Assembly: GCA_965205865.1 (NCBI GenBank)
Contig: CBDBHR010000029.1
Span: 128,001-192,000, forward strand
DNA: 64,000 bases
Reading direction: 5' to 3'
From: a bacterium
GTDB taxonomy: Bacteria; SAR324; NAC60-12
This document shows positions 50,894 to 60,876 of this stretch, one piece after another. Position 1 is the first letter of the stretch. Every line of letters begins with the position of its first letter. Position numbers and translations under genes: made by a program. Below the pieces are notes generated by a model, which worked only from the letters and a program-made list of their open reading frames with translations, ran no database searches and had not been told where the DNA came from.

Positions 50894-52507
50894 TCAGTCT
50901 CTCAGATCCTCTAGTCTTCGGAGCCACTCCGTATTATTTACGGCAACGCGAGATTGTGCTGACGCGAAGCGGTGGGCTATGCTCTGGGCGAATTCTTGTT
51001 TCAGTTCTCCCAACCAGTCAAATCGTTTACCGCATACATCGGTGAAGATGAAACCTCCTTTTTCATCTCGCTCTGCAATGACTGGGGCTCCGTCATTTTT
51101 TGGTTTGAATTTAACCAGCTTCCATTGAGATGCTTTAATTCCAACACTGAAACGCTGAAACGTATTCTTATCTGTGCGCAGAACAAGTTGGATTATCTTC
51201 TCCTTCGGCTTGATCAACGGCAAAAGAAGGAAGGAATACTCATCATTCACCTTCAATCGTACACTGTCACATCTTGGTCTCATACAAAGAAAGTAATTTG
51301 GATCACTTGTCTCGTTCTGCTCCCGCAGGACAGTACCTAAATGTAGTATCAGACGAGGGTCATCAAAGACTGTACGGAAGCTGAACATCCAAGCCAATTT
51401 GTGATCCAGTTTGTTCTCCGGTTTGCCGTTCTTCGAAAATACGGAAGCCAATTTGTCGAAATTTTCCTTTTCCTTTTTTCTGTTTTTCAGGACACTGGGT
51501 TTCTTCTTGTCCCAACCCTCTTTTTGAAGATCAACAGCCTCGTCAAGAGACACTTGCTTGTTTTTTTCGAATATGAATTTCTTGTTCGGCCCGGCTTCTG
51601 CTTCCAGCCATTCATTGACGGCCTTCATCCCCGCCGGACTCTTCTTTGCCGTAGCATCGTCCATGATAGCGTGTAACTCGCTTGTGAGTTGATCCACCAT
51701 TTGCTGTTGTGAGTCTTCGGGAACGGGCAGACACGCCCGATGCGCGAGGAAAGCCGGGTCAAGTTCCGCATGGAATTTATCAAGGACTTTATGAACGTTC
51801 TCTCGAATGGCTGTGAGCGACGTTAAGGCGATGCTGGGAAGGAGTCCTTCGGTCATACTTGCAAAGTCTCTGATGAGTTTTTCTGGTACCTGCTCCTCCG
51901 GAACAGTCCTGTCCTTCAACCCTAATGCGAGTGATATGTCAGATTTCGCATATATTACGATACGACAATGCTGATAGCAGAGCACAACATCATGCTTATC
52001 TCTCTGAAATTTCCATTTCGATTTTTCCAATTCTTGAGCGATAGTTTGTCCGATTCCAGAGATATCCTGCTCCCCCGTGTAGATCGCGATCAAGCGGAGT
52101 TGCTCATGAGCGTTATCTTTCAGAATTTCTTTCAACATCGACATGGTCTTTCTGCCGTTGTCTACGTTCAATTGCCAGTCCAACACCACGATATCGGCCT
52201 GTTTTGCGATACGAACCACTTTGTTGTTGACCGTCGTGTCGTCGGGTCTAGGCGCAATTACGCCACAGATCAACCCATGCCTGGCGAAGGAGTCTACAAG
52301 AACCCGCGCATCAAGACTGTGACGACCTGGCAAGTCGATTCCCTCCGTTTTTTCCGTATTTCCATCCAATGTATGTCGATCTGGTGTAACAAGAGAATGG
52401 TTTGCAGGCGGTGCACCATCAATTCGCGCCTCGTCGTCCACGATAACAGCAGTTTGGAGAAAACGCTTAGCGATTTCCATACAATGTTGGCTGAAGTCAC
52501 TCACCAT
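50894..52507 (-). CDS. Atypical response-regulator receiver-domain protein with large uncharacterised C-terminus
   Basis: AVIVDDE, VVLDW and IYTG; C-terminal LCMRPRCDSVR; overlaps the kinase stop. Confidence 0.8.
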   Translation of the reverse strand: MVSDFSQHCMEIAKRFLQTAVIVDDEARIDGAPPANHSLVTPDRHTLDGNTEKTEGIDLPGRHSLDARVLVDSFARHGLICGVIAPRPDDTTVNNKVVRIAKQADIVVLDWQLNVDNGRKTMSMLKEILKDNAHEQLRLIAIYTGEQDISGIGQTIAQELEKSKWKFQRDKHDVVLCYQHCRIVIYAKSDISLALGLKDRTVPEEQVPEKLIRDFASMTEGLLPSIALTSLTAIRENVHKVLDKFHAELDPAFLAHRACLPVPEDSQQQMVDQLTSELHAIMDDATAKKSPAGMKAVNEWLEAEAGPNKKFIFEKNKQVSLDEAVDLQKEGWDKKKPSVLKNRKKEKENFDKLASVFSKNGKPENKLDHKLAWMFSFRTVFDDPRLILHLGTVLREQNETSDPNYFLCMRPRCDSVRLKVNDEYSFLLLPLIKPKEKIIQLVLRTDKNTFQRFSVGIKASQWKLVKFKPKNDGAPVIAERDEKGGFIFTDVCGKRFDWLGELKQEFAQSIAHRFASAQSRVAVNNTEWLRRLEDLRD

Positions 52508-55472
52508 TGTTTTCCTCTTCTGTATGTGTTTGAATAGGTCGGATGACGAACGTAGTCCCTTTAGCGTCCTTGTCGTCTTTGAGGGTCAAATCGTAGCCCA
52601 CCCGACGAAGCACTTCGCGGGAAATGTGTAATCCCATTCCTCGGCCCCCTGGTTTTCTTGTAAATCCGAACTCAAAGATCGTTTCACGATCCCTCGTTAC
52701 TACTCCCGGACCAGTATCGGAAACCAGAAAGATTTGGTCCCTCGCATCAAGTTCAATCTGTCGTTCCTTGGATGGGTGTTGTTGCGAAAGCCAGTAGACC
52801 GCATTATCAACGAGATTGACGAAAACCGGATAGAAGGACGAAGGATATCCCGTTATTTTTATCTTGGAGAACGACTCTGTTTGTACGAACTCGATGTGGT
52901 GACGCGTGAATCTTTCTCGAAAAAGATCGTTGAGAAATGCATGAATCTCGAAACCGCGAATATCCACGGCCTTGCGATAGAGTCTTCTGTGGAGTGGCGT
53001 AAATAGCGTCAGATACCCGTCCAAGTGGTCAAAACTGGCACGAATATTATGGTAGAGTCCTTCGAGATCTTTATTGATGTCAGCCCATGCCTTCAGTCTT
53101 CGCAGGTTATTACGAATAGAACGAACCGTGGCATTGAATTCATGATTGATGATCTCTACCGCCATGCCGAGCTGAGCCAATTGCAAGTCGGCCTCGGCTT
53201 CCTCTTCAAGTAAGACGTTTCGCTGCTCGACTGCCACGAGTTGATCAAGCGCTGATGTCTCGCCGCTCAAGTCGATCGCTTCAAGTTGTCCAAGAAGCGA
53301 TTCAAGCAAGCCGGATCTATCTTCAGCAACCTGCAGGATTCGCAATTCCAAAACGTCCCGTGTCCTCACGAAATCCTCATCTGTCAGTTCGGACACGTCA
53401 GTCCGCTGAAATTCACTGACAACAGCACGTAGCTCCGCTTCCACCTCGCCGATGCATACTCTGGCGACATCGTGAACTTCCGTGGCTATTTTGTCCGCTT
53501 TTTGCACAACTGTCGTTCCTCTGTCCCTTGTTTTATGCCTGGCCTGCTTCGCCAAATCATCCAACGTGGTTTCTACTCGCAGCCTCCGGTCAATCTCTAT
53601 GCGGGCTTTTGCGGCTTCATCCTCAACAAGGTCTTCGATTAGTTCGCGTGTCTGCCGGAATACGCTCTTCGTGAGTCTCGAGAACTCTGCGGTGTAGTCA
53701 CTCCATTCTTTCTGCATCGCTTTGTTCAAGGCTATTCTGGGACGCGTAATCCTGTAGCGGGACTCGAGCTTCTGTAGCTCCACACGAGCATGTTGCTCTA
53801 CTTGAATGATTTCCAGTGCAGCCTGTTGAGAATCAGCAATACGGCACGCACGCCCGAGTTTCTCGGAAACGTCCTGGCTCAATTGGAGTGATTCCTCTTC
53901 CGGAGCACCGGAAGACACCTGGTTGAAGAACCAATTAAGATCCTTCGCCAGTTTGTCTTTCTTCTCAGAAACCAACTTCTCCCGTCGTCGCCGGTCCAAT
54001 TCTATCTTCTCAAGCTCTGCCTTCTGTTTTTTAAATCTCTCACCGTGCACACCTTCTGTTCGGAAAAAATCCGCGGCCATTTGCAGAAAAAATTGTTTCA
54101 GGATGCTCTTAAACTGGCGATATGCCCTATTTTCTCGGAATCCTTCTCGCCCGGCTTTTTCGCTTAGATCGCGATTATTTTCATTATCAATCTCGACGAC
54201 TCCAAACATTTTTCGGTGAGAAAAGTAGTAATAAGAAGCGCCCTTTGTTCTGTTAAACTCTATATCTAGCCAGTCATAGTCCGTGTCACCATACGGCAGG
54301 ATGCGCACACCATTCCGGTAGATGTACAGACCTCCATTCTTTCCCATCTTTTGAGTCATGCGAACGTGATCTTCCGGGGGAATGGCGGAATGCAATCCTT
54401 CTCCCTCAATTGCTGCAACATTGATCGCAAAGGGGCCGCAATCCGTCCGGTTTCCTCCAGCTCCCTGCCACGGAATCACGTGACCATCATTGGCTTCGCC
54501 GTATATCGACACTTCGCCTTCGAATTGGCCATACTCGTCGAAACGCCCTCTTATTTGATGATCAGCGTTTAGAAATTCTTCAGGCGTGAAAAACTCTCCT
54601 TCGGCAATCAGGTCCTCAGCGGTCTCATCGGTTTTATGGTCTCTGAAAGCTGTTTGGATAACAGGAGGTGAATGGTCCGGTGTCATCGTGTTCGTGAAGC
54701 CCAACAGGGCCTTCGTCATCGGTGTTGCCTTGTTGAATCCCGGCTCGCCGTCTATGTCTATGGGAAGAAGATCGGAACTCGGCAAAATGATGAAGTAGGT
54801 TCCACTTCCCGTGCCACACAGCGTAGGACCGTCAAGATAAGAGTCGATGTCTTGGGGATTGACCCTGAACTGCTCGAGTTCTTCGTTAAGACGAGCGTAG
54901 AAATTATCTCCTATTACGGTTTTGAGGTGCTCATTGTTCTTGTCGAACTCCGCAACCATCTGTGACACTTCCTCCCCTGAAGGTAGTTCCCCGCCAGGAA
55001 AGGTACGAATGGAAATCCGGATATCTTCGAGATCCACTCCCGGACATTCAAAGAGGCTCCAGTTAACGAATGCTGCGGTCAAATCAGACAAAGATCCCTC
55101 GCGTCTGGCGCGAGTGAGCACGAGAACCTGGGGACCGATCGTTGCGATCGCCAGACGACCAATTCCCTTTTCGCCCAGCATGGGCCGCGATTCCTTGTTG
55201 GGATCTTTCTGTGGTGTTTCCAACCCGACGGCAGTGAGCTTGCTTTCGGTGCCGATAGTGAGCCATCGACGGACAAAGTCCTCTTCAGTCATTCCCATGC
55301 CATCGTCGCGCAATACGAACAGGCTATCGGTACGATAGTAATCGATTTCGACGTGTTCCGCATAAGCATCGTGGGCGTTCTTGAACAATTCGCTGATTGC
55401 AGTAGGAATCCCTGCAATCTGTTGCCGTCCAAGCATGTCCAGAGTTCTTGCGCGCGTCTTGAATGTCTCCAT
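52497..55472 (-). CDS. MORC/MutL-like GHKL ATPase fused via a coiled coil to a histidine kinase
   Basis: N-terminal ELFKNAHDA, DDGMGM, GEKGIGRLA; C-terminal IINHEF, NLVDNA, DTGPG, FEFGFTRK, GRGMGL. Confidence 0.85.
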   Translation of the reverse strand: METFKTRARTLDMLGRQQIAGIPTAISELFKNAHDAYAEHVEIDYYRTDSLFVLRDDGMGMTEEDFVRRWLTIGTESKLTAVGLETPQKDPNKESRPMLGEKGIGRLAIATIGPQVLVLTRARREGSLSDLTAAFVNWSLFECPGVDLEDIRISIRTFPGGELPSGEEVSQMVAEFDKNNEHLKTVIGDNFYARLNEELEQFRVNPQDIDSYLDGPTLCGTGSGTYFIILPSSDLLPIDIDGEPGFNKATPMTKALLGFTNTMTPDHSPPVIQTAFRDHKTDETAEDLIAEGEFFTPEEFLNADHQIRGRFDEYGQFEGEVSIYGEANDGHVIPWQGAGGNRTDCGPFAINVAAIEGEGLHSAIPPEDHVRMTQKMGKNGGLYIYRNGVRILPYGDTDYDWLDIEFNRTKGASYYYFSHRKMFGVVEIDNENNRDLSEKAGREGFRENRAYRQFKSILKQFFLQMAADFFRTEGVHGERFKKQKAELEKIELDRRRREKLVSEKKDKLAKDLNWFFNQVSSGAPEEESLQLSQDVSEKLGRACRIADSQQAALEIIQVEQHARVELQKLESRYRITRPRIALNKAMQKEWSDYTAEFSRLTKSVFRQTRELIEDLVEDEAAKARIEIDRRLRVETTLDDLAKQARHKTRDRGTTVVQKADKIATEVHDVARVCIGEVEAELRAVVSEFQRTDVSELTDEDFVRTRDVLELRILQVAEDRSGLLESLLGQLEAIDLSGETSALDQLVAVEQRNVLLEEEAEADLQLAQLGMAVEIINHEFNATVRSIRNNLRRLKAWADINKDLEGLYHNIRASFDHLDGYLTLFTPLHRRLYRKAVDIRGFEIHAFLNDLFRERFTRHHIEFVQTESFSKIKITGYPSSFYPVFVNLVDNAVYWLSQQHPSKERQIELDARDQIFLVSDTGPGVVTRDRETIFEFGFTRKPGGRGMGLHISREVLRRVGYDLTLKDDKDAKGTTFVIRPIQTHTEEENNGE

Positions 55473-55473
55473 C

Positions 55474-56535
55474 TTAAGTATATGCTCGTATTTCTTTCAG
55501 GTGTTCGGTGACGTGCTGCCCGATGATCTTTGCCAGTCTTACGGGTACGGCATTGCCGATCTGCCGAGCCATTGAGGTGAGGCTTCCCTCAAAAAGAAAA
55601 TCATGCGGGAACGTCTGCAGACACGCCGCTTCGCGTACGCTTATGGCTCTGTCCTGTTCCGGATGTCCGAAACGGCCATTGGAGTAGCTGATACATCGCG
55701 TCGTCAACCCGGAGGCGGGTCGATCCCAAGACATACGGCCGTAAACGTCACTGTACCCCGGAGTTTTCTTATGACACTCAAGTCGAAGTCGTTTCGGCCA
55801 ATCCCCGTGACCACCGCCTTCTGGCGTTGCTCGCACTCGTTCCATGTTATGTTTTGATAATCCTGCAGCACGATGATTCGGAACAGTCGCGTCTTCCTCA
55901 CCGGCGGCGATGGGTGGTAGATCTTCAATCCAATTCCTCACAGTTTCGTAGTTTAGTTTTGTTGTTTCGGGTCCGTTCGTCTCCGGTGGCAGTTCAATGG
56001 GTCCATGGAGACTTGCCAGAAGCACAAGTCGACAGCGACTCTGAGGGACGCCATACTTCATGAGTGACACTCGCTTGTATGCAACATAATAGCCGGCGTT
56101 TTTGAGGCTTTGAAGAAATCCGCCGAACGGCTGAGTGTGGTGGTTCAACTTCTGGAGACCTGGCACGTTCTCGACAAACACGATATCCGGCTTGCAAACA
56201 TTGACAAGCTTAGCGAAATAATAAAGAAGTGGCACCCGATCGTCCTCTTCTCGTGCGGGACGCATGGTATTCTGCTTTGTAAACGGCTGACATGGTGCGC
56301 ATCCGCAGAACAGAATGGGATTCGGTCTCTGAGCAGCTAGAAGCGAACTAACGTGACTGACCGATGTTTCACAGATATCCGCGAGTTCGAAGTGGACGGA
56401 AGGAAAATTTATTTGGAAAGTGCGTTGTGAGTCCGGGTCGCAATCGAGCGCGAAAACGATTTCCATCCCGGCATCACGAAATCCGCAACTCGCTCCGCCA
56501 CAACCGGAGAAAAAATCGAATACCTTGACGTTCAT
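55474..56535 (-). CDS. dcm: C5-cytosine DNA methyltransferase
   Basis: DFFSGCGG, APCQPF, ENVPG, QSRCR, REAACLQTFP and QIGNAVP. Confidence 0.93.
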   Translation of the reverse strand: MNVKVFDFFSGCGGASCGFRDAGMEIVFALDCDPDSQRTFQINFPSVHFELADICETSVSHVSSLLAAQRPNPILFCGCAPCQPFTKQNTMRPAREEDDRVPLLYYFAKLVNVCKPDIVFVENVPGLQKLNHHTQPFGGFLQSLKNAGYYVAYKRVSLMKYGVPQSRCRLVLLASLHGPIELPPETNGPETTKLNYETVRNWIEDLPPIAAGEEDATVPNHRAAGLSKHNMERVRATPEGGGHGDWPKRLRLECHKKTPGYSDVYGRMSWDRPASGLTTRCISYSNGRFGHPEQDRAISVREAACLQTFPHDFLFEGSLTSMARQIGNAVPVRLAKIIGQHVTEHLKEIRAYT

Positions 56536-56969
56536 ACTCTCACTTTCCCTTGGCAAAGATTTTCTTCGAAGAAACGACGTATTTTCCCTGCGAGCCGATT
56601 TTGGTCTCTTGTCTCGCACTCCCATATTATCATTACCCCCCAGCCAGCCTCCCGGAGAGCAGTGGTGTTTTGCTGATCACGTTCCATGTTTCGTGACAGC
56701 TTCTGTTCCCAAAAAGCGCTGTTCGTTGCGGGGCGTTTTGCTTTCGCGCAATGCCTGTGCCCGTGCCAGAAACAACCGTGTACGAAAATTACTTTCCCGT
56801 ATAGTGGGAACACCAAGTCAGGTTTGCCAGGTAGCCCCTTCCTATATAACCGGAAGCGATAACCCAGGCTGTGGGTTACTTGTCGTACCAGAAGCTCTGG
56901 CTTTGTTCCTGTCGTGCGTATGCGCGCCATGATTTCGCTACGCTTCTCACGACTGTATATATCATTCAT
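56532..56969 (-). CDS. vsr: Very-short-patch repair endonuclease
   Basis: RSEIMARI, TKPE, LPGKPD, FVHGCFWHGH and IWECE. Confidence 0.95.
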   Translation of the reverse strand: MNDIYSREKRSEIMARIRTTGTKPELLVRQVTHSLGYRFRLYRKGLPGKPDLVFPLYGKVIFVHGCFWHGHRHCAKAKRPATNSAFWEQKLSRNMERDQQNTTALREAGWGVMIIWECETRDQNRLAGKIRRFFEENLCQGKVRV

Positions 56970-57044
56970 AAGATGAACTCAATAACAATGGATCAACTCG
57001 CATAAGGTAATCACCGTCTTAAACTGCGTTTGGAAACCGATCGT

Positions 57045-59838
57045 TCATTCTTCCTTCCCGCTGCGCGTGAGGGCTTGGTCGTACCACATGAGGAGTTTGG
57101 GGTCTTCCTGGAGGATGGATTCGGGTATCTTGCGGGCTGCGGCGATGATAGTGGCGTAGTCACGTTCCTGCCAGGCTTTTTTGAACCCGGTCCGGAAGGC
57201 TTCCAAACGGAATACCTTCAGGCGTCTTTGTTTCGATGTACGGTATTGCTCGAATTCTTTCAGCAAAGCGCGTTCCCGGAGTTGCTCGAGGTCACCCGCT
57301 TTGTTCGGGTCGGGCACGTACCAGCGGTTCTTGGCCTTGACCCTGAGCGTACGGGTCGTCCTTTGTCCGGTTGCGCAACTCCTTGAAGTTCGAGGAAAGG
57401 TAGCTGTGAACCTGACTGGGCACCTGACCCATGCCGTCATAGCGCAGGAAATTCTGCTCGAGCAGTAAAGAAAGCTCCAAAATCTTTTCATGCTTTTGCC
57501 AGCCGCCGATCTCTTTGAGGAACTGTGGGTGAATGTCCTGGAAGGTCTGAGGCTTTTTAGTGAGTTGCTGCTTGAGCCATTGGATGGCTGAAGCCTCGTC
57601 GGAAACATAAAGCTGAAGTTGAAGAACCTCCTTGACCGTCATGCGCTTCTTGTCGTATTCGGCTGCTTGTTCCGGCAAGAAAAACATGCTGTCACGTGAC
57701 GGGAAACGTTGTTCCAGACCTGCATAAAATTCGGAGGCGGACAGAGGAACCATCACGCCGCGCTGGACGTGGAAGGCCACCATGCGGTCAAAGAGCAGGT
57801 AGTTCTGGCGCTCGGCAATGACCTCGACTTGACCATTGTTGGAAATAAATACGGGGAGCTGTCTCAGATGCGTGCGGACGAAATCCCAGGTACCTTCCTC
57901 AGTTCCGGCGGTAAGTTTGAAGCGGTCTTCAAGACCACCGTTGGGCTTATACGCCGAGATGATAAGGTCTTGCTTTACAGCCCCACCAGATGTGACCTGC
58001 TTAAACGTTCCAGCTTGTTTGTCAAGCGTTCGCACATCGGCAATCACCAGACCAGCGTGCTGTAAAGCTTCTTGAATGCAGTTCCAAACGCTGTTTTTTG
58101 AGTTGTGAAACTCCACGGTCATCCATCGACCGGGCTTAAGAACACGGTAATATTCTTTAAAACTATCCGTCATCAGCGCTTGGTACTGTAAAAGGCCTTT
58201 ATCTTGATGTTTTGATTCAATTGCCTCTTGATTACGTTGTGTTACGACTTGCAGCCACTCCTCCCACAGAACATTGAGCTCTGCATACGCAAGATTGCCA
58301 CCGAACGGCGGATCAGTAAATACGTAGTCGCAGCTTGCATTGGCCATGATCATGCGAGTCGTGGAATGGCATTCTATTACATTTCTTGACCGCAGTTGCT
58401 CATAAGCAGCCACAAAACGACGCAATTTATTACTGTATGCAACAAATATATTAGGTTCCGATATCTGTGAACCGACATACAGGGTGCCACTAAGTGGGTT
58501 GTATGGGAATGATACACCCGGTCTGTAACGGTTCAAGCGGGATACATTGACCAGTTGGCTCGTAAAAAGAAGCATTGTTTGGGGCCAGTCTTTGAAACGC
58601 TCTCTTAAAGCGGCCAGTATCCAAATACTGCGTCGAGTGTATAAATGATGTACATGCGTAATGCCAATGATATCGTTTCTACGGGTTTCTCCTCCCTCAA
58701 AGAGCCTATTCGTTGGCAACCAGTAAGAAAGATCGCTTTGCTCGATCGTCTCGATCAGCGCCAAGTCTTTGTTATCAGGCCTCTTCTCATACCGCTTCTT
58801 GTCTACACTATAGTTAATGAGTACTGGAATCTGCTTGGTCTGCCGAATAGTCTGGTTACTGGCCTTATCGAACTTGGTTACCCAAGCCCGGTCCATACGC
58901 CGCTTAGTAAGTGATGCATTGCAATCGGGACAAGAAAATTTTTTCGATACCCTTCCGGTCTCTTTATCAACAGCCGCTTCCCAGAAAACCACCTCGTCAG
59001 TACATTCCGGACAGACGAATACATCTGACCAAACTGTGTAGTTGATTATTCCAACACATCCATCGGAATGCCTGGTTTCATACATCCAACCGCACTCGTC
59101 CTCGACCTCCTTCAAGATGCGCTTCGCTTTACTTTCGAAGGACTTCACATCTACAGGTGAATTATAGTTGTAGGCGATAAATGTCGCGGCGGGTGAGAGG
59201 TCGTTTAGAATAGCTAGGCGCGGTCCGAACATGGAGAAGGGCATCCAGTTCATTTTCCCGTTTTCACCCGTTTCCTGCTGATAAATCGTTCCGTCCTTGC
59301 CCACAAGGTAGTCAAGAGATTCAATAATTGCCTTGTCACCACAAAATTGTGCCGCCACGCCTGTCATCCCTGTCCCGCAGAAACCGTCGAAAACCACGTC
59401 ACCTGGCTCGGTGTAATGGAGAATGTACCGCATGATGGCCTTGTGCGGCACCTTGGTGTGGTAGGAGTGGGCGTTGTAGATAGGATCATTCTTTCCTTCA
59501 CTCACATCCGACGCGAATGGTTCCCGGTGGTAGTTGTCGGTAGCCGGGTCATAGGGCTTGCCGTAGTGCTCGATGAAATCCTCGATGAAAGGATTGGGAC
59601 AAGCCGTGTAATACGGTGGATCGGACAAGGCCAGGATATCCTCGTCTTCGCCAATGGGAAATCCCTCGATCTTGCGGAACTCCGGGTCCTTGAGTTTCTC
59701 GCGAAGCTTATCCAGGAAATATTCCTGGCGCATCTCATCGTTCTGGAAGGTCATTCCGAGGCAAGTCACCGGTTCCTGCAACATGGCTTCGGCTTCTTCC
59801 GGAAATAAGGACATGTTGTCTTCATTATTTGTCGCCAT
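57045..59838 (-). CDS. pglXI: BREX-3 amino-methyltransferase (PglXI-like), +1 frameshift near 57351
   Basis: HSYHTKVP, FDGFCGTGMTG, CPEC...CPDC and FTDPPF; the tail WYVPDPNKAGDLE...LLMWYD is in the adjacent frame. Confidence 0.8.
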
Positions 59839-59907
59839 ATTTCTCCTCGCTATAGTGAGCTGACTTCAACCGAGTTTCCAGCGGTTCTCTTTGTTCCGAT
59901 CGGGTCA

Positions 59908-60684
59908 TCATCTCGCGATACTTTCAGCCAGGAATTTCGTGATCCTCTCACGATTTGGAACGAGGCTGGAAAACTGATTCTCGCAAACATCGCTGTAGCG
60001 CACCAGTACTTTTCGATTGATCGACTCCTGGTCTTCGAAGATGCCGAGAGAGTGGAACGGGATGCCCCATCTCTCAAATTGGAGCAACGTGATGGTAGCA
60101 TCGCGGGTTTTGCCGTCGTTAGGGAGGGCATGAACGAATAGAGGAGGCTGTATCCCATTGATTCGACAGTCCACGGTGTATTTTCTTTGCGGATCATGCT
60201 GAATATCATACCAGTCGAAAACCCGACGGTCGACAGGTACGGTTTCGCTAATCAAGGTCCGGAAATCCTCCATGAACGTGGAGTGCACCCGTTCCCGTGT
60301 CAGGTAAGATACGTCCGAGATTTTGAGAAGGGCCTGGACAAAGGAATAAAGCGAATCACCGTAGCGGTCGTCCGGGACGTCGAGGAGGAGCTCACCATGC
60401 CGGTCCTCTATTCGGAACGTGGACAGTGCGTTGGAGATGATCTTCTGGCGGGTACCACTATGAAGTTCCTTTTCTTCAATGTCGTAGGTGAGATGCATGT
60501 AGGTGTGCGCTTCGTCAGAAAGCATCCAGCGCTCTCCCTCTTTCTTGAGGACGATGACGAGGTGGTCACCATCCTCGAACAGGAAAGGCGTGAATACTCG
60601 GTATCTCTCCAGTCCCTCAGGCGCCAGCCGGATTTTTACTGATACCTTTTCGTGAAAGTCTTTCTCTATGGTTTCGATGGACAT
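59908..60684 (-). CDS. DUF1828-like protein
   Basis: RVFTPFLFEDGDHL...LSDEAHT N-terminal signature. Confidence 0.7.
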   Translation of the reverse strand: MSIETIEKDFHEKVSVKIRLAPEGLERYRVFTPFLFEDGDHLVIVLKKEGERWMLSDEAHTYMHLTYDIEEKELHSGTRQKIISNALSTFRIEDRHGELLLDVPDDRYGDSLYSFVQALLKISDVSYLTRERVHSTFMEDFRTLISETVPVDRRVFDWYDIQHDPQRKYTVDCRINGIQPPLFVHALPNDGKTRDATITLLQFERWGIPFHSLGIFEDQESINRKVLVRYSDVCENQFSSLVPNRERITKFLAESIAR

Positions 60685-60687
60685 TGC

Positions 60688-60873
60688 TTACACCTCGTCG
60701 AAAAGCCGCAATTGCAACTCAGGTGGAACATCGAGATTCGCGTCCTCGATCAGACAGCATAAGGCCCCGTGAAAACTGTCGTAGCGGACGGTTGGCTCGG
60801 CGTATGCGTCCTCTCGTGTTCTGAACTCCTGATACCGTTCTTTGGCCCTGTGATTCGAATAGGTTTTCGCCAT
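60688..60873 (-). pseudogene. Short, probably truncated partner gene upstream of the DUF1828-like gene
   Basis: 61-aa ORF tightly packed between brxC and the DUF1828-like gene; reads like a C-terminal fragment. Confidence 0.4.
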
Positions 60874-60876
60874 GGG

